Shown here one piece after another: positions 10,701-21,871 of a stretch of DNA of 64,000 nt. Position numbers and translations under genes: made by a program. The stretch comes from Klebsormidium nitens. Taxonomy: Eukaryota; Plantae; Klebsormidiophyceae. Below the pieces are notes generated by a model that was not told where the DNA came from, did no database searches, and saw nothing but the letters and a program-made list of their open reading frames with translations. Position 1 is the stretch's first letter. Each line of letters starts with the position of its first letter. Where the stretch lies: NCBI GenBank assembly GCA_000708835.1, contig DF237022.1, positions 124,001 through 188,000 of the forward strand, in the 5' to 3' direction.

Positions 10701-13700
10701 TGCACAACACGTGGGAAGTGTGAATGCCACGTGGCAGCTTCCGGTGCCTTACCTTCATGATGGACCACAGAGTCATCTGGGTCCGCTCGGCCTCCAAGTC
10801 CGGATCGCCGCCGGGTTTCACGGACAGCCGTCCGATCTGGAGAGCGTCCGCATCTGTGAGCACAGATTTGGTCAGAACTTTGTTTATGAAACCACAATGA
10901 TCAGCCTCTATAACACGGAGGTTTTGATGCGGTTATGGCAAACATGGCAGCAAGGGCCAAGATGAATAACGCGACTTCGAGCACGCAATTCCAAACTCAT
11001 CCTGATCATCACCTTGCCGAATTCGTCGAATAATTAGCGCCAGCATGACTCAACATAAAGATCAGAAGGAAAGTCCTTTGTAGGTTAGTTTGGGTTCAGG
11101 GTCCATGCTGTATCTAGCCTGAGAGTAAGCTAGGGTGTACGTTTTGGAGAAAACTTGCGGGTTGCTAACTGGATTACCTTCTTGTGTGTTACTGTCAGAA
11201 AGCCGACGCGAAACAAGTATGGACCATTACCCGTCTGCAATACTGTAGAATGATCAAAAGCAATCCCAGCTCCCAAACGATGGACCTGGACGGCAACTTT
11301 TGAGTATGCATATCGTAGGAAAAACAAATAACGAGTAAATAACTACTGAGAACCGGAGTCCCAAAGACTAGGTTGAAACCTGACAAGTGGCTGATTGCAT
11401 GCTTCACTGAAAACCGAAGTTGCCTGGACAATCCAAACGTTGCCATCGCTGGTGAAAGCCGAAGCTGTTTGCAGTCTTTCGTTCCATAACCTTGCCTCAA
11501 CCTTCCACAAAACCCAACCGTCCGAGTCGTACGATCTTTTCGGTGTCGCGTTCTCGACATCTCTGCAACTCTGTTGCAGATGACCTAATAAGAAGGTGAG
11601 AGAAGCATATGGCAAAGGCCCTCACCGTTCCAGCCAAAGTGCGGCCCCTGACATGCTGCGTACTCGTTGTTCTTGTCCGCCGTCAGAAAGACGCGATTTA
11701 CGTCACTGTAGATGTCGAAGAAAGTCCGCCAAGAGTTGCCGACGGGGCCCGCCTGCGCAAACAATGTTGATGGACAGGTTCTAAACGAGATTCGAAAGAA
11801 GTTTGAGATCCTGATAAAATCTTCCGTGAGCACGTTTTAGTTCCTAAGCAGGAGATCCGCGTAACCCAAGTTTGCAGTAGGTTCACCAAAAGTTGCCAAC
11901 GGGGCCCGCCTGCACTAACAGTGTTGATGGATAGGTATGAGATACCACGAATTGATTGAACGAGTGTGAAAAGCGGCTCGAAATAATGGACGTTTTTCTG
12001 GCGTCCTTTTGCCGTGTGTCTTTCAGCGTGTGGCCTACGAAGAGCGGTGTTGACGCTGAGAGTGCTGCGGAAGCTGACTCTTCTGCTGCAAATACTTGAG
12101 CTGTGACTTTGGTTTAACACACCGGGAGGAGTAGACTTACCGCACAAGCTGTGTCTTCGTTCCAGTAGCCCATCGCAAAGTAGATTGGCCGCGACAGCTT
12201 AGCCAAGGCGTCGCGCATCCTGACAAACCTGCAACCAGGGAGACACTGCGTTTACATGCTGGCGATGAGACTTGTCACATGAACGGACGCGATAAACGGG
12301 AACCAATCAAAGTTTTAGAACCAGGAAAGTTCCCCGTTCAGGCGGAGACAACATACGGCTTGTTAAACGAGAACAGGAAACGGAATCGAACACGGAAAAA
12401 AAGAAGAGATTGGCGGACACGCGGTCACTCAACGTGCCCCTCTGTCGGAGTTGGAGCTTAAACGACTTGAAGGCTTGATGAAAGTAGTGTCCACAGCGGT
12501 TAAAGGGAAGGCCCAAACGTGACTGGCCGCACAACGAAACCCTTTCCGGTTGTCGCGAAGCCTTAACAATACTCACAAGCGTTTCTGTAGCAGAATAAGC
12601 AGACAAATAAGGACGCTAGAACTTTTCTTGACTCCCAGCCCGCTTCCGCCGTGGTCCCAGGAGTCGTAGCAAATAATGACTCTCAGCAGGAGCTGCGAAG
12701 ATGAAGTTTCCTCAAGCAGAAAAGCAAGATCGTAGCGGAATCTCCTTGCAGCTTTGAGGCCGCTGTTTCCGTCATTGCACAAATTCTTATCAGCATATCA
12801 ATCTCAGCCCCTAGAACCCAAAACTATCGAAGGTCGGATGCCCAGAACGAGCAGACAAGTGAGTACACCGTAGATATTCTTGACCTCCCCGCTTTTCCCG
12901 TCGGTGCGCAAGTCCTGCTAAGCAATCCAACTTTAGAAATTTGAAACCCGCTTGGACACGAGTGAAAGTAGACCTTGCAACTCTCAGCGTTTCAACCGTA
13001 AAACTCCAGATAAACTGACAAGTGATCATGTCGCACCTTTCTTTCACTCCCAGCCCGCTCTTTCCGTCGTCGCACGAGTCGTACTTTAGAAAGTCAACCC
13101 CGTGATCGGCAAACCAGCGAGCGTCTTGGTCCTCGTGCAGAAGGGAACCAAGGCGGCCGCTGCACGCCTTGGGCCTGCAGGACAAGGAAATTTTATGGTT
13201 TGTAGAACAAAGAGCTTTTCGGGTTTGCAGAATAACCGACTTTTGGGTTTGCAGAATAAGAGACTTCGGGGTTTGCAGAATGAACGACTTTCGGGTTTGC
13301 AGAATCGACGAATCCAGGGTTTGCCAAAAAACGACCTCAGGGTTTGCAGATTGAACGACTTCAGGGTCGCAGAATAAACCATTTCTGGGTTTGCAGAATA
13401 AATGACTTTAGGGTTTGCAGAAGAAAGGACTTCAGGTTTTGCGAACAAAAACGCAGTTCTGAAGGTTCGCTGCGACTGAAAACAGATAAGAAAGAATGGA
13501 CTAGAAGCAAAGATTGGCTCCCCATGGAAGGACTGTTGACTCCTCTACAAATCCAACTTCAGAAGATACCCTGACTTAGCACTTGTCAACCGAAATCCGG
13601 GTTGCGAATCGTTATCAGAACTTGTCAACGACAGCTTACATTCTCATGAGGCAAGGAGAGGCGCTTCCAAGCGGTAAAGAGAGCCTCCTTGTCCGTGAAG

Positions 13701-16700
13701 GCAACTTGGTTAGGAGAACAATCAGGCTGAAAAATCGGGTATCGGACGGTACGAATAAAACCGCCCGGAGTCCGTCCGGGTGTCGGTCCTTGCTTCAGAA
13801 CACGCCGGGCTTTGACCCCTCAAAATCCACGAAAATGCAGGAATATCACTTCGCTCCCGTATGAACGGCTCAGAACATCAAAATGAAAGGAATAGAGAAG
13901 AACACAAAGTTGGCAAACTTTCATTCAAAAATCAAACAAGCAGACTTCAATCACGCTGAAAAGACGGAAGGACTTACCCTGCGCTCGAGTATATGCCGAA
14001 CTTAAGCCCCTTACTGTGGATGTAGTCCGCTAGACTCCGGATCCCGGAAGGAAAGCTCGCTTCATCGACGGTGAGATCGCCGTTCGCGTCCCGCTCCCAA
14101 CCCGCCCAGCCGTCATCTGCAGCAAGAAACTTTTGAATTGGAGTTACCGGTCATACTAATTGCTATCAGTGTTCAAAGCAATGGATTCAACCAGATATCT
14201 GACAACATCGAGACGTCCCTTGTATAAGTGTCGGGCTCGTCATGTGATTAGTGCATTTGAGCGAGGCTACGTTTCGAAGAAAGCTAAGAGAGGGCAAGCA
14301 GGTCCATTTGGACGGGCTCCGGACAGGGGTCTCAATTCTCAAGCAGAAACGCTCAACAATGACCAGAACAGTACAGCTAATTATTGTCCTGTTTTGGCGT
14401 CTATCTGCACGTCGCCAATTGAACGATGTTTCTTCCATATCAAAGGCGAGTGCAGTTGAGGGCCGCATGACGAGACAGTTTCTTCGAACCGTACATTCTT
14501 GAAGATAACGTATGCGAGTATCTTGCCCCTAAATACGGTGGCATTGGTTCCAAGTCGCTGCGGAAAACTAACAATCTGGCACAACTTGCAACAACCAAGG
14601 CAGCTACATACGGGCTTGGTGGTCGCTAGAAGCGTCAAATATGCCATCAAGCGCAGGTTTGATGCATCTATTAGATTCAGCTGTGTAGTGAGTGGATTGG
14701 AGCAAACTTGCAAAGAATCGACAGCAAGTTTTTTCGGAATTTCCTCTTATCAGCACGGCAACACACAAGGAATTCTGACTACTAAGATCATGTTCGAAGA
14801 CTCACCGAGATTGACATAGATGTATCCCGCATCCCGCAGGCCCGTGGCTACCAGTGCATCGGCTGCGAAAAAGAAAAGATGATTTTTTATCATTCTTACT
14901 TTTGTTGTTAGTTGTTTCTTAGTCTTCCTTCAGGAATTGAAAGAGGTCTGAGCCAACCAGATTGGATGACCTTGGCAGCAATCACGCACCAATCAAACCC
15001 ACGTTACTGAATCGTGAGCCTTGTTAATATTGGGGCAGAAGTGGTAGAAGTGGACTGTGTTAACCGGCACTTGCCTGGACAGCAGAGGTTGTGAGTGCCA
15101 ACAGGAGCGGAAAGTTCAGTTAATTGGAACACTGCGTTAGCAAAATGATAACGGCCTTGCATGATCCATTTTGATTGCAAATGAAGGATACAAGAAAATC
15201 CTTGATTAGCCAGCTTTGAGGACTTCTTGGGATGCATCACAACTGGAATGTCGCAACTTCGTCCAGAAAAGAGATTCTCAGCGTTGCTTCAAGCCAGAAA
15301 CTCCGTGCGTGATGATCAAGACACGGAAGAAATAGGCACAAAACGATTCAAAACGATTCTTTGTCACATTGACTTCTGGCGACCAGCCTATCATGAAGTC
15401 TTAGTAAGCACTCCGACTCATGAGGTGGGTTTCAAATCTTTCAGCAGCATACCTGCGTGCCGTATTTCCTGCTCAGTGATGTTGACCCCTTCGGCGTTCC
15501 ATGAACTCCAACCCATCGGGGGGGTCCTTCCCAGCCCGTTTTCTAAGGTACGCCTCCCCCTCATCCCGTCTTGCCAGCTGTCTGACGACTCCAGCCCCTG
15601 CGCAGGTGAAACGACTCCACCAATTTGTTTGGGCCACTGTAACTCAGAAACCAATCTCATGGGTAGATAGCAGAGGGAGCAAGCGTGTCGCAAGGGAGGA
15701 AGGTCAAAACTCCCCCGGACAAAAGGTAGCGGGTTAGCATCCAGTATCCTTTAGACAGTGGACTTAGGCTGTGAGAATACCTAGTGAGGATACTTAGCGA
15801 GTTGGTTTCGGCCAATCTGCTTGTTAAGAGAACAGGTTCCTCGAGAACTAGATGTCATCCTCATCCTTGAATTGCGTGCCGAATGTGCCGGTCTCCGTTG
15901 AAGGGTCAAGAAGGCCCCGTAGCTCTAATGAGCTGGAGTTGAAGTCTGAACGTCATCATTGCAATCACCTGAGGACCATTCCCTAAACCTGCTTTCTTCC
16001 TGCATGTGATGCGGACTTTTTAAAGTAGCGTTTCGGCTGCCTTTCTGAGGAGACTTACGAGAGCTCGCTGACTCTTCCAAGTATTTCCCCCAGCAAACGT
16101 TCTCAGTCCAATGATGTTCAAACTTATTGCATCAAAGTCCTGGCTGACAGTTGATGTGACTGGCTGTTGCACTCACCAAAAGTTGCCTCCTTTTGCTAAG
16201 AGCTCTTGTCCCTGCCCGATCTGCAATTCCTGGTAGAGGGTAACAAATCATTCAACCAACCTGGAGCTGAATGCAAGTACACGGCAAATGGGCGTTGATA
16301 TTTGTTCTTCTTGAAATGATCTGAGATGCACATTGAACAGCTGCGTAGAGAACGCAATGCGCAAAGGCTTTGGTGCCATGAGAAAGACCTCGCTTCTGAA
16401 GACCTGGAGTGACACATGAAAGGAGGATGCATGTTCTATTTTCTGAATCTAGATTGGCTAGAAGTGCGTAGTGTCAAGTAGGATCACATATATAGCCACT
16501 CTTTTGCCCACAGACTCGGCTCCTTAGGCAGACAACGCGTTCTGTGCTTTATGCCTTTTCTCTGGCGAAACAGAATTCGGTCCTATAGTCACACTCAAAA
16601 GTTATCGCGGGACAGACTTTAGGGGAGCATAGACCTAGGCAGGACCGGTCGGGTCCAACTTGTTGCCATTTTCTTACACAATTAGTAAGGAGGAACTGTG

Positions 16701-17132
16701 GCAACCAACTGGTCGATGATATATTGTCCACATCATAGAGTGCGCACTCAGAAGCAGAAGCAAAACTCTGATAATGTGAATCCATCACTGCAGGCGTTCC
16801 AGATCGTGAAGACATTTGCTCTGCTTTTCTCTACACAATTGTGACCACTTGGAGTGACGAGGCCTGTCAAGCAAAGACGAGCCCTGATTCTACCAAGCAG
16901 ATCTGGCACCAGTCCACTGACCTTGCACATGTACATGTCGGTTGTCGTGTCTGGAGACGAATCCTTCGGACAAATCTGGCATAGTATCTGAAGACAAAGT
17001 TTGACGCCCCAATCGACTGGCATCGTCATCGTCAGCCGAAGCAACTTGGAGAAGGCAAAAACAAATTGAAATCACTACAAGCACAGGACGTCCTTGGCCT
17101 ACGAACTTGCCCATGATCCTTGGTACGTCCAT
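7795..17132 (-). CDS. GH27 alpha-galactosidase (melibiase)-like, about 620 aa, signal peptide plus C-terminal TM segment, 12 exons
   Basis: Exons in transcript order: 17132-16922, 16787-16678, 15636-15453, 14862-14806, 14116-13978, 13174-13037, 12228-12141, 11752-11626, 10853-10753, 10212-10122, 8872-8679, 8217-7795 (1863 nt, phases consistent). Motifs NGLGRTPPMGWSSWN, YVNLDDGW, HSKGLKFGIYSSAG, DFLKYDSC (nucleophile), NSWRTFFDI (acid/base), IAINQDPLGKQA, VWAGPL. Exons 1-2 are less certain. Confidence 0.9.
8942..9022. repeat. G-rich partial copy of the 30.0/43.6 kb MITE family inside an alpha-galactosidase intron
   Basis: Shares GGACGGGTGGG and TAGGGTGGGATGGGGTGCGGAGC with the bodies of the elements at 30036 and 43566. 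Confidence 0.55.
13197..13453. repeat. Intronic minisatellite, 24-bp unit (consensus about GGGTTTGCAGAATAAACGACTTCA), about 10-11 copies
   Basis: Directly readable units such as gggtttgcagaataaccgactttt, gggtttgcagaataagagacttcg and gggtttgcagaatgaacgactttc. Ends about 20 bp from the acceptor of alpha-galactosidase exon 6. Confidence 0.9.
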
Positions 17133-18149
17133 GATGCAAAGGTTTCTAACCTTACAAGTCGTACAGAATCGATCGATGACAATGCAAGGCAGGATCGCGC
17201 CTGGACAAAGTCACAGTATACTGTGCACGAGAAGGTGCTGCTCCTGCTTCTGCTTCTGATTCTGCACATTCATGTCAAGAATTGAGACTCAGAGCTTGAA
17301 ACTATTTGAACAACTTTCCGGCCTCGTGAACGTGCTTTTGCGAGAACAATGTTGTGATATGGGCTCTCAGGAGTCAGTCCTACTGGCGCGAATTTTAAAC
17401 CAATCAAAAACAACTTTGACTGCCAAGTCAACAACATGCCACATGGCAAGCACCGAGAGCACCTCCAGAAACCAGCGGCCGCGCGGCCGCCGCTCCGAGC
17501 CAGCGGCCGCGCTGCAGCTCACGCGGGCCCATATTGCCCGCCCACAACTTGAATGAGTGATGGATGATGGTCTCTTTTCATTCTCTTTTCTGTTTTCGTA
17601 CTCGCCGTAGCCAAATAGGCCATAGGCTGATAGCTCTTACCGTACCGGTACGTACGTAGCTGTAAAATTCCGTACCGTCTATCTAGGTGATAGTCTCTTT
17701 CAACATTGAAGCATGATTGCATGCCTCAGTACGTGTGGCTCCGGGAACGTCTTGCATGACTAGTTGATCAACTCTTGCACGCGGCATATATAAGTATATG
17801 GATGTTCCTGTCAAGTCCTCTTTGAGTACGACGGTCATCACACATGCAGATCGGATGATAATCAAATGCGTTAATTGGCTGCCCCTTTGCACGATGCATT
17901 GATTGTCGGAGAAACCTTGCATACAACTCCAACTTTGACTTCTGTTGCATGCTCCGCAATACATTGATGTTGAAGACATTCAAGGTGGATTTGACACATG
18001 GGAACTTTCAATGTACTAATCATTCGCGGTCACAATGTACAATCTCTGTGCCGGAGATTGAAGTCAACTCGCAGGCTTTGTTCTTCCCCTAACAGCTCAT
18101 ACCAGTTAGTGCTACTTAAAGTTAAGATGCACAAATGTTTCAATGGTAT

Positions 18150-19840
18150 TCATTGACCAGACTGATAGTACGACATTTGTTGCGCAAACCGTGTGGCGCC
18201 ATCTTGCGAAATACACATACCTAGACATTCCTCCGATTGACGAGCTTCTTGCTCCGCCCGCTCAAACATTTCTCTCTCGAAAGCAAGGATAGCACTGGCA
18301 GAATCTGTTGAATCAAAGAGTTTCAAGGCTAGTGCTGCACCATCCTGCATAGCAAGGTTAGCTCCCGCTCCCGCGAATGGCGACATCAAATGTGCCGCAT
18401 CGCCAAGCAAAGTCACAGTCTTCATGCTTGGCCAACTAATGCCGACCGGTAGGGCATAGAGTGGGCGCGGCACAAAGGAGTTGTCACAAGCCCTGATGAG
18501 GTCAATTATCTCTGGGGCCCATCCTTCGAATTGGTTCATAATGGCTTTTCGGATGAGGTCGTGGCTCTCGTTAAAAGCAATACCCAACTCGGAAAACCCA
18601 CCCTCTTGCATCCTGAACGCCACGTAGATGCGAATCCGGCCATCTCCATTGCGTTGAGCAATCATGCCCTTGTTATCTCCCAATGCAAAAAGGCTGCCCC
18701 GCCCAACGGTCTTGGCAGCTTCGATATGCAACCTCTCCGCATCGGGAATACCGATTTCGACAAAACTCACACCAGCGTATGTTGGCTCAGCATCGTTGAC
18801 GAGAGGGCGGACACGAGAGCGTGCTCCGTCCGCCCCAATGACGACGGCAGCGCGCGTCGTTGCCCCGTTTGCAAAGCGTATCTCATAAGGCCCATCATCT
18901 CCACTGGGCTCGATGGAAATTACGTGGTGGTCCCACCTTATGGTCTCCGGCCTTAAGGATTCAATCAAAAGGTTGCGGAGCGCGGGACGGTCTACCTCGG
19001 GTCGCTCCATGAGGTCAGCGGGGCTGACCTCGTCCCACAGAAGATTACCATGCTTGTCCATGATGCGCATGTCCTGACCCTCGGCGCGAGCCATGCTCCG
19101 ATACTCGGCCTCTAGCCCGGCTTGGATGAGAGCCCACTGTCCGGATTCGGGGTGAAGATCGAGTACGCCGCCTTGCCCCCGTGACTCCCGCGAGGGCTCT
19201 CGCTCGAAGATGGTCACGTCTAGGCCTTTGGTCTGCATGACGCGGGCGAACGTGAGGCCGCCAAGGCCTCCGCCGATGACTGCAATACCTGGAAAGATTG
19301 GAAAAAAGTCCGTAAGGATCCCTGGCAAACTGCTCGAGAAAGTTATCGTAAGGTTAGAAGTCATACAGGTGGTCCGCCACATTGAAGGTGACCGAATTCT
19401 GATGATTCTCAAAGCACTGGAGATCCGTTTTAAGAACGACGCAGGAAAAGTGACCTTGACAACTTCCAAGCAGACAGCAACCCGACTTCAGAAACACCTT
19501 TAGAGAGTCCAGTTCTACCGCTATCACCTCCTGGATGGGGCATCGAATGATTATCTGTGGTCTACTTGCGAATCAGTTCTGCCGTCAGATCTGCCTTCTC
19601 CTTTGCCGCCTCCCTGCGAACTGTTGCCATGAAATGGATACGTCCTGGCAAGTTCTCGCGTCCCTTTACCCCGCTGCTCGGAACATAAAAGGATTACACG
19701 CACTTTCACTCCTCTTTCGTAAGCGGAACAGTTGGAGGGGTCGAGCCACAGCCAGCCATTGAAAGACAACTTGGCAATCGCGCATTCACAACCGTAGCTT
19801 AGCGGCCGCTTCGTGTGAGAAGCTCACCTGTATCCGCCAT
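18150..19840 (-). CDS. TetX-family (class A) FAD-dependent monooxygenase, about 383 aa, 2 exons
   Basis: Exon 1 is 19840-19828 (gccATGGCGGATACAG|GTGAG). Exon 2 is 19288-18150 after a ttccAG acceptor. Together they read MADTGIAVIGGGLGGL. Motifs GxGxxG, FERE, QGGVLDLHPESGQWAL, RPEVDRPALR, VIGADGARSRVR, TLLGDAAHLMSPFAGAGANLAMQDG. Confidence 0.9.
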
Positions 19841-21871
19841 GGCGTGTACTCGACCAGACGAGCGATAGGTGGCTGCCCAGGGAGCAGAGGTGGAATAGCA
19901 TCCACGCCGTAGAACCACAGAGCGCAGGGACGACCGTACGCCCATTAGAAGTGTCGTTGACTGCACAAGCATGGGGTAAGCATCAACTCAATGCTTGTTG
20001 AAGTGCCTAGCGCACAGGTCATCTTAGGCGAGCTGCCCAATCCTCTTGGACACAAGGCAGGATCGAAGGACAGAAATAGCTGGAGGTTGTGCGCACACTA
20101 ATGGTTCCTTTTCAAACTCTTTCAAATGAAGGACCGTCTCCAACACAACATCGAGCCTGGCTTTTGCACTCTGGCCATTATCAACAGACACTAAAGTTGG
20201 ATGATATAACTGAGTCAGGTGGATCTCTGGAGAACTTCAGATCTGGTATCACTCCCCCTGATATTTGACCACCTTGATTCCAACAGAAGTGAATGTAGAT
20301 TCAAATCTTGGGGGCCAACTCTTTCAGGATCTTCCAGCACATCACGTCATTCTCTGCCCCTAACAAAAGCAAGGGGGTGGACCCCCCAAAGCAAACCTGA
20401 CTGCCGCTGATAGACAGCAGCATAGGCTGGCCATTTTAAAACTTTTAATTTCAACGAAAACAGAGCCCTCAAGACAGTGGATCAACTGAAACGAGACCGG
20501 CCTCGATATGAGTACGGTTGCTCGAAGGTGGGGGATCCCTTGATTGCGATTGCATCCAATCCGTGAAAGTCTCTTAAATCATGGGGACCAACAGAATATA
20601 TGATGAGCCGATCGACTGTGAGACGCCCAACGTACTCACCAGAGCCATAGCTGGACGATCGCACTCTCTTCTTGGTTTCTCAGTAGATTAGACGGGCAAT
20701 TGTCGACGTAGGAGTGAAATCTAGTACGCTGCAAAAGAACAATACTAGAAATCAGAGCTTGAAGTTGCACCGATTAATTATTTACACTTGTGCTTAGAAT
20801 TGCCTGGCACTGATCAGCACCACTGTCTGATCAGGATGTGATCTCAAAGGAGAAACAAAGTGCGGACTGGTGGTGCGCACGACAGATAATCGCACTTCAT
20901 TAGCACTGGTTCAAACAAGCTATCCGCACCATGTATCTGGAAGATGGAAGATGGATGTTCCCAAACGTCTGCTCTTACTTCCACTGGCTGTCACTTGCAA
21001 AATTGCAGAATGATCAGGGAGGCTCAATGCCCGCCTGTTTACAGCCGTGCGTTGTACCCAGCACTACTTCTGGCCGCAAGGATTTCAAGGGCAGTTTCAA
21101 CACTTAATATCTCAATTGATTGGGAAAAGAACACAGAATGCTTGCATGATTGCTCACCTTCACTAGCATAAAGAAAATGCCCGCTTTTGCTGCAATACAT
21201 TGATGCCTTATGTAAGGAAGCCAATGTGGGGGGAGTCATCCTCGAGCTTAAACTTCCTTCAGCACCCTTGCTAACTTCTTCGACAGCCTTCTTTTAGCTT
21301 GCAGTGACTTCTCCCTCTCGTCTGCCGCCATGCCAGGACTAAGGACAGAGCTCTCCGCTCACGTTCTGCAATTTCAACGAGACAGATTCATCAACACAGA
21401 TTCCTCATAGCAATACCGGTACCTACAAGTTTGCATGGTCGGCCCGGTAGAAGCTTCACCGAGTGCTCGACGACGGTACGAACGTCGCCGGGGGCCCGTT
21501 CTTCTCTTAACGACGCTGACTCGCTTCATACAAGTGGTTGGGGAGAAGCCCCCGGGTGCTCTACAAAATATATCTGCCCAACCGACCCACGGACCTGCCT
21601 TGCCCCTAGCCCTCTGGCAGGGCCTCTGCCTTTCAAGTTTCGTCCAAGACAGCCTGAGCTGGGCCTGCGCAGCTGCAGCCTGCAGGCTGCAGCAGCAGCT
21701 GTTCAAACTCAGAACTTTAAAAACTTAAAAGTTTGAACCTCCTCCCTTCCTTCAACTTGTTCAACTTCCAGTCACCAACTTTTTCTGGCGACCTTGCTGT
21801 TGGGGCTCTGGCAAACGTTGAGATTGCTCAGGTAACTGGTCCAAGCGTCTGCTTTCATCGCTAGCTTTGCA

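Noticed and set aside
13197-13453. CRISPR-like array
   Set aside because: The units abut directly and the variable parts are related to each other, so there are no unique spacers. No cas genes, and the context is a eukaryotic intron.
19289-19469. N-terminal extension of the 439-aa TetX-like ORF in the ORF track
   Set aside because: Better explained as intron: there is a strong acceptor at 19289 and a 13-nt exon at 19828-19840 that completes the frame.
20160-21330. Short ORFs and a lone GTGAGT donor between the TetX-like and KH genes
   Set aside because: Frames are closed by stops and no family is recognisable. Possibly UTR or decayed repeat.
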